Positions 49,812 to 61,800 of a DNA stretch of 64,000 nucleotides are shown piece after piece. Position 1 is the stretch's first letter. Each line of letters opens with the position of its first letter. Made by a program: the position numbers and the translations under genes. This DNA comes from Asterias rubens (lineage: Eukaryota): contig NC_047064.1 of the NCBI RefSeq assembly GCF_902459465.1, positions 5,208,001 through 5,272,000 on the forward strand, read 5' to 3'. The notes beneath the pieces are model-generated. The model ran no database searches. It saw only the letters and a list, made by a program, of their open reading frames with translations, and had not been told where the DNA came from.

Positions 49812-52800
49812 CTGTAAGCCTAGAACCCTATATATGGAGAGGAGAAAAAAATACCACTGTACCAACCGACCACCTTTGCAAACATGACGTAACAAAGGGG
49901 TGTCATTAATTTGATAAAGATGATTCATAATAACTCCAATACATATTTAGCAATGCCACATGAGCCTCAAGATGAAACATTTGAATTTTATTTTAATCAC
50001 ATGATTAACAACACGTGATTTGCCTACCTTCGTTTACGCCAAACGGCGAATCCGGCAATACCTGCAACGGCAACTACAGCCAGGGCAATCAAGAATACGT
50101 ACCAATTTTCTTCGACCCAGCTCTTAAATACAAAATATGAGACAAGAAAAGTAAAGTTGATTTGGAATCATAAAGCAATTAGAATGGTCCCCTTTGAAAA
50201 GTTCAGCGTCACTTAAAATCAAATGAGGAGTTTTTCCCATTCTTGTGGTTTTAAAGTTTGCTCTGAACAAGGCTGCAGCCACCGTTAAAGGGGCTACACG
50301 ACAAAAGTTTGATTAAATGGGGGGAGCTGAAGGTAGGAATTTATATTCCTCTTAAAACAGTCTATATTGTAGAATGGAGGAAAACATGCACCAGGCATAC
50401 AAAGATGGGTATGGCTCCTTGTTACACATCTCAGCAAATTGATAATGCGTGGGGGTGAGAACAAAAAACAGAAAGTCTGGTTTCACGCCCAAGCAGTCTG
50501 AAGGAAGGAACTAGGTTCGACCTTTACCTGGAAAATGTCTGTATCAAGAAAAGAACCTTTCGGTCGGTCGGTGGATGGCAGCGTAACAATTGTTTTTACT
50601 TGGATTTATTTGTGATAACATTGATCCCCTTAGCTTAATCCGGTGTGTGGCAGGACATTCTGTCCCCAACACAGCAAAATGTGTAGAAATTCCTGCTGAT
50701 AGCGCCCTCTTTTGAATCCTCCTCCTTCAGCCCAAGTTTATGTTCCATATGGGGGACAACCGGCGCACAGATTTCCCCGGGACACCCGGGGTGTATTTCA
50801 CAAAGAGTTAAGACTAGTCTTATATTTAGAGTAAGGACGAGTTACTCATTAGGGCCTAACCGTAAGTTTTATTTTTTTTCCTAGGACTAGCCATAAGTTT
50901 GTGTGTGAAATCGACCTCTTCCGTCGATTTCACCAAACTCTTCCTAACTTTAGGACTTATCTTAGGACTTATAAGGACGAGTTCAGTTCCGTATCCGAAG
51001 ACGCATTGAATCCATCTTAAGTTAGGACTGGTTACTCGTACTGACTCGAGATAGGATTAATCCTAGCGTTTAGTAAAATCGGCTGCTGGAACTCTTCCTA
51101 ACTTAAGACTAATCTTAGGAATTAGGACGAGTCCGAACCCTGCACTGTAGCATGCATACCTTAAGATCAATCCTTAGTTAAGACGAGTTACCCGTCCTAA
51201 CTCGAGATAAGACGAGTCCTTACTCTTTGTGAAATCGACCCCAGACTTTATAGGATAGAGGGCTCACCTTGCCGCCATCTCCTGTGGAAGCTTGAGGCAC
51301 AGCCTTGCCAGTATACTTGTCATAGCCGATACTTTGAATCAAGATATCACTGGGTGTTTCACTGATTGTATCCTCCACTAGATTCTTATCAACGTACCCA
51401 CTCAATGACCTAGTCAAGTATGTTACCTTTGTCAGTGGCTCACTGTAAGGAAAATGATAATTTTTAAGAAGTGAAAGAAAAAAGAAAAAGAAAAAAAAAA
51501 CTTTAGGCAAAATGAGGAGTCGTGGTGTGCTCCTTATCAGAATCTTATGGAGACCAAAGACAAATCAAAACAGGGAAAATAAAAAGGAATGAGAACAAAT
51601 TATAGAATTTCTACAATATTTGAAAGCAGTGCTCTCATCACATTCTGCATCTACATGTATTTTCTGAACACCCGGTCTCAAAAATGCATTCTTGTGAAGC
51701 ATTCTTTTGTTCTTTCAAATTTCCTTCACGAGCACCCTATCTTTAGAATTTCCCGATGGAGTCCCTTTATTTCCCCTTTTTCTAATGAAAATTGTCCACG
51801 GAATGACTTCTAAAAAAGGAAACAATCTAGAGTGCTTAAAATATTTGTAAGTGCAAATTAACCGTTTATCTGATGTGACGTAAGATTCCATACTGACGAC
51901 GGTCACGATAAACTCTCGTTTATCTCTCGCTGACATAGGAGGCAGTTCCTTTAAGAGCAAGGTCGCCATGTTCTTCTCAAAATCACGTGCTTCATTCGTT
52001 CTACCAAAGAGCATGACCACACTGCCAAACTTTCTCAAATCTACAAATCAAGACAATTGAAAGAGTTATTTTTATTGATTTACTTTAGTATTGTAGGCCC
52101 TTTGTGCCATGGCTTTGGGCTTAGGCCTATATGCTCTGTAGGTTATTTGAAGAACAAAAAGTGTACGGGGTTTAAAACAGGTGGATGGAGCCCGCCAAAG
52201 CCAACGCCTGAGTTTGTTGGGAAAGAGTAGAACTGCTCTCCGTATCATTGTGTTCACTCTCCCATTAAACGTGCCAATAATAGTGAAAGTTACGAATGGT
52301 GTCAGTTATTGTTTAGCATCTATGTCTTGCCTTGCAGCTGTAGAAAATAGCCCTCTTATGTTGGACTAATATATATCAGCAACGCGAAAAAAATCTATAA
52401 TCACAGTGATGATTGGTTTTTGAATCAAAAGCATCGATCAACAGTCTTGAGCATTAAAAAGTTGAATACAACCTATACTTAAAGAGTCAAAAATAAAATA
52501 GTCTTTACCAATATTGCAGTTGGAACCAAAATAACCCTCGTTGCATGTGCAGTTGTATCCATTTGGAGCATCACTCGATGGAACACATTGTCCGTGTTCG
52601 CATTGGTTGAGAGAGCAAGGATCATCGATGAGGTCTGTGCAGTACTCGCCCGTGTGGAAGGCATCGCATTCACACCTTCAAGAAAAGTTATCGTATTGAA
52701 GTTCTACTTAACACTTTCTTGACATTTTTAAAACGATGTTGAGTTTTCTGAAAAGCGATTATTTCCTCTTATGGAGGAGTACGTTCACCCGCTCAAAAAC

Positions 52801-55800
52801 ACTAAAGTTGACCTATGTAAATGCTTGTGTTAAAACAACTGATACACGATATTCAGCTATTTCACATTATCTAAGAGGGGGGGGGGGTAGATCCAAGAGT
52901 TTTGTGTATTTTTTAAGGATCTGAAAACAGTTTCATCCATATACCCTCTGATAAAGAAGAGCCATCTGTTCTTTGACAGCATGCTTCCAGATGTCTTCCG
53001 AGAGCCTGTGCTAGGTTCTGGGGTTTCAAACGTCCCTCTCTCCTGCCTGCCATCCACACCCCCTTCCCGCTACAAACACATTTTGGCTTTACTGAGAGGT
53101 GCCTAGTTGACTAGTGCAACCTTCCAGCATGTACAATTCCTTCGGCTACTCCCTCACTCTATAGGTAACACGTACAGTTCTTTTCAAAGCTCTTTATTTT
53201 TGGACAAACTTTTACCTGAAAGCATTCTCAAGTGCGATGCATGTGCCTTGTGAGCATGGAGAGCTATGGCAATAATCAATCTGCACGCTGCAATCATCAC
53301 CCTCGTACCCAGGGTCGCAGTCACACACGCCGTTGTCACAATGCCCCTTTAAACACTCTCGCTGTAAAGAAACATGTCACAGTGCCTTTAAACTAAACAC
53401 AGTAGGTCAATTTACTTCTTGGTTTGAAGATACATATTCAATCATTTTGTAGGATATCAATGCTAACGATGTATTCCTAAAGTTTACTCGGCTATGAAAA
53501 GAAATGTTTCAATTCACGAATTATAAAAACTATTTTTATTCTGCTGCAACTATATTAAATGGCCCGTTATAATTTTGTTTAAAAAACCACCTAAAAATCC
53601 TAAAATAATCTGCACCAAATTAGTACAAAACTCTCACCTCGCAGACACACTTGTAGCCGTTGAATTCATCTTGGCAAATGCCGTGAATACAGGGAGAGCT
53701 TCGGCACTCATCGGTCTCCTCACCACACTGCTCTCCACCGTATCCAGTCGGACAATCACAGGAGAACCCATCAATAAGATCAGCACAGGTACCGTTCATC
53801 AAACAAGGCGAGCTCTCACATTCGTCGATTTCAAACTGACAAACCGAACCCTCATACCCAGCACTACAGAGGCAAGAGAACCCGTTGAGCTCATCGGCGC
53901 ACGACCCGTACCAACAAGGTATGCTGGCACACTCATCCAAGTCCACCTCGCAGAGTGTTCCTTCGGCACCGGGTAAGCACTGACAGGAGAAGCCGTTGAT
54001 GAGGTCGGTGCAGTTGCCGTGAACGCAGGGTGAGCTCTGACACTCGTCTGTGTCAAATTGACAAGCATTGCCGTGGAAACCGTCTTTGCATTGGCAACTG
54101 AACCCTCGGTCTTCGTCGAAACAAGTGGCGTTGTTTTTGCAGACAGGTGGATCATCTTCACACATGTTTACGCCATCGATGCATCTTAGAAAAAAAAGTG
54201 GCTCAATTTATTTTAATTTTACTTTTTGGGTAAGGTGTTTTTGTTAACGGTAAGTTTTCAGGAAGAATTAGCAGAGTCGAGGACTGCCGAGCCGTAATGT
54301 GAATGACAGTGTCCAAAGTCTTAATATAGGGTTTTTGTCCCACGAGACAATTTTATTAGGCAACCAGTTTCCAAGATGAGAATTGGAATGTTCACATATT
54401 TTTTTTGGGGACAGTAAGACATTGTTTGAAAAATTACTCGTTAGGCATGTACTGCAGTTGGTTGCCTCCAAACTGCCTGTAAAAGCTCCCTCTTGTGACA
54501 AGGCCCCTTACACTGTTATTTCGGTTGTGGTAAAATCGTGTAAGATTTTACAACACCGGCTGTGAACCCAGCAGAGTCTAAAATGGATGGTTGGTGTCGG
54601 TTTATAACGGTTTATGAAACAAACGGTTTAGTTTTGTATCTGATGCCACGTTAAACACATTTGTCGACTTTGTGTGAATGATCTTACCGAGTCAATGGAA
54701 CCAAACAAACTCACGTGGAGGGACATAAGGCTGGGAACAGCCAATTCTCTCATACAAACATTGGTTGAACCTCTATGTCCCTTTTCGAATCCACGGCTTC
54801 GGCTCCAGATTCGGCTCTGGCTAGCTTGGCCCCGCGGTTGTTGTAACACGTACGCGTTCAGGGCTTCACACGAGAAGACGGAACCTGAAGCTGAATCCAA
54901 AGCCGAAGCCGTGGTTTCGAAAAGGGCCTATAAATAATAATGGCACAAATCAAGAAGAAATTGTGATTCAGCAACTAGACGACAATACTTACTCCAAATC
55001 AAACACTTACCTATAACCATTGGTTTGATCCAGACACGTCTCATTGTCAAAACATGGATAACTAGAACATTCATCAATGTTGACTTCACACACGGTGCCG
55101 TCAAACCCGGGTAAACAATGGCAGCGAAACTTGGCAATGTCGTCAATACATGTAGCGTTATTCGTACACGGATCGCTAAGGCACTCGTTCGTAATGTTCT
55201 GACAGATGGTGCCTTCGTAGCCAGGTTGGCAAGTGCATCTGTTTGGGGGGTTCATGCAAGAATTATTTGATTTTTCTTTTGCATTTCCATTAGTTTGCAC
55301 ACTAAAATGTAATACATAGGATTCCCAGTGGGTTTCAGTTCCAGTGGGTTTCAGTTAAAGGCACCGGACACTATTGGTAACTACTCAAAATAATTATCAT
55401 CATAAAACCTTTCTTGATTACGAGTAATGGGGAGAGGTTGATGGTATTAAGCATTGTGAGAAACAGCTCCCTCTGAAGTGGAGTAGTTTTCGAGAACGAA
55501 GTAATTTTCCACGAATTTGATTTCGAGACCTCAGATTTAGATCTTGAGGTCTCGAAATCAAGCATCTGAAAGCACACAACTCCGTGTGACAAGAGTGTTT
55601 TTTTCTTTCATTAACACTCGCAACTTCGATGACCGATTGAGCTTAAATTTTCACAGGTTTGTTATTTTATGCATATGTGGAGATACACCAAGTGAGAAGA
55701 CTGGTCTTTGACAATTACCAATAGTGTTCAATGCCTTTTAGGTTTAGTCCCAGCTCCAGCCAACATCTAGAAATAGATGAGTTGCCAAAGTAAATATCTT

Positions 55801-58800
55801 CATACAATTTAATTAATTTTTATTCGTCATGTTAGCATGAAAATCATTTCCTCAGTTTGGACATAATTATAACAATTTTTAAAACATAAAAATACACTAC
55901 ATAAATATATATTAAAAGCAAGACAGTAGATAAACCCTTAAATGGTAACAAGACGCGAACAATATATTATCAAAATTAAATTAAATGGTCAAAACAAGGC
56001 TAAAACACGAACAGGGAATGGATATCATAAAGGATATGGGGTGACAGGGGGAACAAAGTGACATAAGACATAGGGAAGAAACAAGGAAATATAGAGAACG
56101 AGAAAGGGCAGGGAGGGGAAACAAACATGGCTGTAAAAAAAAGGCACAGAAAATCATTGACTGATTAAATTATACCTGAATCCTGCTATAAGATCTTGAC
56201 ATGTCGAGTTAAACATGCAGGGATTGCTGGCGCATTCATCTGTCTCCGTGTCGCACATAACACCTTCAAACCCCGCCTGGCATATGCAGTGAAAACCGTC
56301 CAGTCTGTCCACACATGTTCCGTTATTCTGGCATGTTTGGTTGATGCAATAATCAATATCGACCTGTGAAAACAAGATGTTTTAAAACGTACAACATTTG
56401 CTATAAGTATAATTAGTGTCCCTATAGGCTAAAATCAGTTTAACACCAAGTGCAAAAGATTCAGTTTTTGATCTGTCTCCCCCAGTGGACACTATTGGTA
56501 ATTACTCAAAATAATTATTGGCATAAAACCTTACTTTGTAACGAGAAATGGGGAGAGGTTGGTGGTATAAAACATTGTAAGACACAGCTCCCTCTGAAGT
56601 GACCTAGTTTTGGAGAAAGGAGTAATTTTCCACGAATTTGATTTCGAGACCTCAAGTTTAGAATGTGAGGTCTCGAAATCAACCATCTATAAACGCACAC
56701 AACTTCGTGTGACAAGGGTGTTTTTTCTTTCATTATTATATCGCAAGTTCGATGACCGATTGAGCTCAAATTTTCACAGGTTTGTTATTGTATGCTTATG
56801 TTGAGATACACCAACTGTGAAGGCTAGTCTTTGACAAGTACCAATAGTGTCCACTGTCTTTAAGAGTGATTGTCAAACGTAAGACTCTGTCTGTTTGGTA
56901 CTGCACACAAACTCCACTCATTAACCTCTCATTTAAACTCTAAGTTTACATTCTAAAGTTTAGAAACAAAAATGTTTTCAAATACCTCGCAAAGATCGCC
57001 AAAGTATCCCTGGCTGCAATCGCACTGGAAGTAACCAACAAGATCAAGACACGTTGCATCATTCTGGCAAGGGTTGGACTCGCATTCGTTGATTTCAATC
57101 TGACACAACGTACCATTGTATCCAATAGGACAGTTACATGTATACCCATCTATGCCGTCTAAACACGTAGCATTGTTATGGCAGGGATTTGATTCACATT
57201 CATCTATGTTTATTTGACATGTATTGCCTTCGAAACCAGGTAAACATGTACAGTTAAACCAATCAATCCCCTCTGTACAGTGACCGCCATTTTGACAAGG
57301 CGAGCTTATGCATTCATTGATATCAACACTGCAGGTTTTCCCCTCGAAGCCTGGGGCACATGAGCAGGAAAAGTTCCCAGTGAGGTCATGACACGTAGAA
57401 CCATTGAGGCAAGGGTTGTCTGAGCACTCGTCCATTTCACAGAATTCATCAACGTAAACAAAGCCGGGTACGCAAGAACAGTTGAAGTAATTCATAAAAT
57501 CGTCACAGGTGGCGCCATTTTTACAGGGTGCTGATTCGCACTCATCTATTTCCACGTCACATTGCAGTCCTGATTAGAAAAGATAATAATTATGTAATTA
57601 TACTTTCCGTTACAATAAATGGGTGGGTAACGTTGGACATGTGATATTACAAGTGTGAGTGACGCATCCCTAACCTGTCACCCCAAAGGATTCCACACAT
57701 GAACGGTTCCCCACACTTCCATGCTTGCTTCCCAATGAATGTCATGGTCATGCGGGATATAATATATGCCATCATGTGTAGCTCACATTTGCAATCTAGC
57801 GTTTATCTGCATCCGTAAAGTAGAGTTATTATTAAGTGTCACAATGGATTCTGTTGCCCGATAGACTGGTCCTATGTCCTTGTCCGCAATGACGTTGGAT
57901 TTAATCGAGAATCTCCAGAATCACGAAGGCAATGTAAAATGACGCATGGTTAAAAATGGACGCGGTTCAACGACATCTTTGGCGTAATTCACGGGCCTCG
58001 AAGTGTGACGTCAGATGTTCAGGCTATAATATTCCCAGGTAAAATCAAACGGGCTGAAGGGAATTGAGTCAAAAGAGGGCGCTATAAGTCGTACAGAATC
58101 TCCTTTGATAAAAGGTGGGCCTACGTGAACTAACCTGACCAACCGTCATTGCAAACACACGAGAACCCATTTACGTTATCCACGCAGGTTGCTCCATTAT
58201 GACACGGCCCAGATGCACACTCGTCTGTATCTATGGTGCAGTCTGATCCTGAGTTAATTACAGAATAAAAGAAAACCTCTGTTTCAAACCGTGTTTAAAG
58301 GCACGCACTGAACACCATTGGTATTTACTCAAAATGACAACTTACTTGGTAACGAGCAGTGGAGAGCTGTTGATTGTATAAAATATTGTAAGAAACAGCT
58401 CCCTCTGAACTTCCGTATAGTTTTTGAAAAAGAGGTAAATTTCCACTAAATATTAAACTGGGACTTTAGGCCTGAAGCCTTTTATTAGGCATCTGAAGCA
58501 CAGACAAATCAGTGCAACAAGGACTTTTTTCTTTCATTGTTCTCTTGCAACTTTGATGACCAAACTGACCTCAAATTTTCACAGATTTTATATTTCATGC
58601 ATGTTGAGATACACCAAGTAAGAATATTATTAGTCTTTGACGATTACCAATAGTGGCCAGTGTCTTCAAATAAATCGCCGAAAAGATAATATAACGGCGC
58701 AAAGAAAAACAATCATAATATGTTTTACCTTCCCATCCATCATGACACATCTTGGCCCCCGTAGTTTGGTTGCATCCATAATGACCCTGGGTGTTGTCAC

Positions 58801-61800
58801 GTGGTTTGCAATACACACCGCAGTCCGAAGTGTAGAAATTGGCGTTGCAGTAGATTTTCACTTTGTAAAGGAATCTGCCGACACAATTTAATCACTCATA
58901 ACAAAATAAAAAATAAAACAGATGGTGTATTAGCAACTTTGTTACCCTTATCTTTGAGTTTGTATCTCATATCACGTCAACTATGAAAATAAATATTACT
59001 GGCATGGAATTTCATCTTTGAAAGGGCAAGGCCATTTTAATTTTGCAAAGAAAAATAAGTAATATTATTTATTTAGGTCAAAGCACAAGGGACCCATTAC
59101 TTACAAGTTTCACTCCCTGTTTACATAGTACTGTAATGTATTTGACTGTTATACTTGTGAATATTGTGGAAGTCTGAAAGTCTATGGGGCACTAAGAAGG
59201 CCAGGGGCTTTGCGGCCTACGTGTTATTCCAGGCCTGTAATATACAAATCAAGTTATGTACAGTCTCCCACCCTCCCTCCCTCGCTCCGGAACGGGAAAA
59301 GGCGGACAACTTTGTATAACCATGATTGAGTAAGGTACAACTTGGTACATAGCCTATACGTCCCTACCCCCTCTTTGGGGAAAAGGCGGACAACTTGGTA
59401 TAACCATGATTTAGTTAGGTACAACTTGGTACTAGCCTATACGTCCCTACCCCCTCTTTGGGAAAAGGCGGACAACTTTGTATAACCATGATTTAGTTAG
59501 GTACAACTTGGTACATAGCCTATACGTCCCTACCCCCTCTTTGGGAAAAGGCAGACAACTTGGTATAAGGCTATGTACCAAGTTGTACCAAGTTTTATCA
59601 ATCATGGTTATGCCAAGTTGTCCGCCTTTTCCTAAAGAGGGGGTAGGGAGGCTGTACACAGTTTGATTTGTATAACTACATACCCTTTCCCATTAGACAT
59701 ATAGACATATAGGCTATATACCAAGTTGTACCTAGTTCAATCATGGTTATACCAAGTTGTCNNNNNNNNNNNNNNNNNNNNNNNNNNNNNNNNNNNNNNN
59801 NNNNNNNNNNNNNNNNNNNNNNNNNNNNNNNNNNNNNNNNNNNNNNNNNNNNNNNNNNNNNNNNNNNNNNNNNNNNNNNNNNNNNNNNNNNNNNNNNNNN
59901 NNNNNNNNNNNNNNNNNNNNNNNNNNNNNNNNNNNNNNNNNNNNNNNNNNNNNNNNNNNNNNNNNNNNNNNNNNNNNNNNNNGGTATAGCTGCATACCCT
60001 TTCCATATTAGACGTATAGGCTATATACCAAGTTGTACCTAGTTAAATCATGGTTATACCCAGTTGTCGCCTTTTCCCGTTCCGCAGCGAGGCTATACAC
60101 GACTTGATTCGTATAGCTACATGCCCTTTCCATATTAGACCTATAGGCTATAATAATACCAAGTTGTGCCTAGTTCAATCATGGTTATGCAAAGTCGTCC
60201 GCCTTTACCCCCCTCTTTGGGAAAAGGCGGACATTTTTGCATAACCATGATTGAGTTAGGTTTAACTTGGTATATAGCCTATACGTCTAATGGGAAAGGG
60301 TATGAAGTTACACAAATCAAACTGTGTACAGCCTCCCTACCCCAAACTGTGTACAGCCTCCCTACCCCCTCTTCGTCTAATGGGAAAGGGTATGTAGTTA
60401 CACAAATCAAACTGTGTACGGCCTCCCTACCCCAAACTGTGTACAGCCTCCCTACCCCCTCTTTGGGAAAAGGCATAATTAAATTAGGTACAACTTGGTA
60501 TATAGTCCACAAATCAAACTGTGTACAGCCTCCCTTCCTCCGGAACGGGAATAGGCGGACAACTTGGTTAACCATGATTTAAGTAGGTACAACTTGGTAT
60601 AGCCTACGTCTAATGGGAAAGGGTATGTAGTTACACAAATCAAACTGTGTACGGCCTCCCTACCCCCTCTTTGGGAAAAGACGGACATTTTTGCATAACC
60701 ATAATTGAATTAGGTACAACTGTGTACAGCCTCCCTCCGGAACGGTAAAAGGCAGACAACTTGGTTAACCATGACTTAATTAGGTACAACTTGGTATAGC
60801 CTACGTCAAATGGCAAAGGGTATGTAGTTTAGGACACGTATCGAATCGACAACTTTTGACAGATAACCCGCAAACGCCTACTATAAGAAGACATTTTACA
60901 TACTTATTTTGTAAAATTCCAGAGTTCAACCGCACCTTGTTAAACCATGACATGGTGCTATGTAAAAAAACAAGGTATCATACTCAAAAAAATATAGCTC
61001 TACAATATCTTGCGGGAAGTTTACCGACTGTTGAAGCACCCTGAGCTTCACTGAGTGACGGATATGAGCGCTTAATAAGCCATTATTAACTTCATAATTC
61101 TACTCCATAGACCCGGGCCCAATTTCATAGAGCTGCTTTAGGCAGAGAATGCTGTTTAACAATATTCTGCTTAGCAAAAAAAAAGCAGGGTACCAGTCAC
61201 ATAATTATACACATGACTTATTATTTTAGCTGGTATTTTTGTTTTGGTAAGCACAATTATGTTATGTTTAGCTGCTTTCTGTGCTTAGAGGCAGTGGCGG
61301 TATTGGTAATTACTCAAAACATTTGTTAGCATACAAATCTACTTGGTAACGAGCAATGGAGAGCTGTTGACAGTATAAAACATTGTGAGAAACAGCTCCC
61401 TCTGAAGTAACGTAGTTTTCAAGAAAGAAGTAGTTTTCCACAAAATTGGTTTCGATACCTCTTAATTAGATTTTGAGGTCCCGAAATCAAGCATCTGAAA
61501 GCACACAACTTCATGTGAAAGGGTGTTTTTTCTTCCATTATTATCTCGCAACTTCGCCACCAATTGAGTTCAAATTTTCACAGGTTTGTTATTTTATGCA
61601 TAATGTTGAGATACACCAAGTTTAAGAGAAGACTGGTCTTTGACAATTACCAATAGTGCTCACAGTGTTTTTAGCAGCACTATGAACTTGGGCATGAATG
61701 AATGAAGTTGAATCGGAGCTGGCTATGACACTTACTCTGACTTATCGATCTTGATTGTATAATCCCGCCATGTTGCTGCATCAACTGATGAGGAAGATTC

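Noticed and set aside
12986-52890. Scattered poly-G/poly-C runs (e.g. ~12986, ~26953, ~32753, ~35612, ~37170)
   Set aside because: Simple homopolymers of uncertain length; nothing supports a G-quadruplex function.
53575-54161. ORFs 53575..53976 (+) and 53799..54161 (-)
   Set aside because: Antisense and alternate-frame shadows of the EGF exon.
59726-60042. Track ORFs containing long X runs
   Set aside because: Artefacts of the N gap.
59270-60830. Recurring ~30-bp blocks that superficially resemble a CRISPR array
   Set aside because: Intervening segments are themselves repeated rather than unique spacers, orientation flips, there are no cas genes, and the context is a eukaryotic intron.
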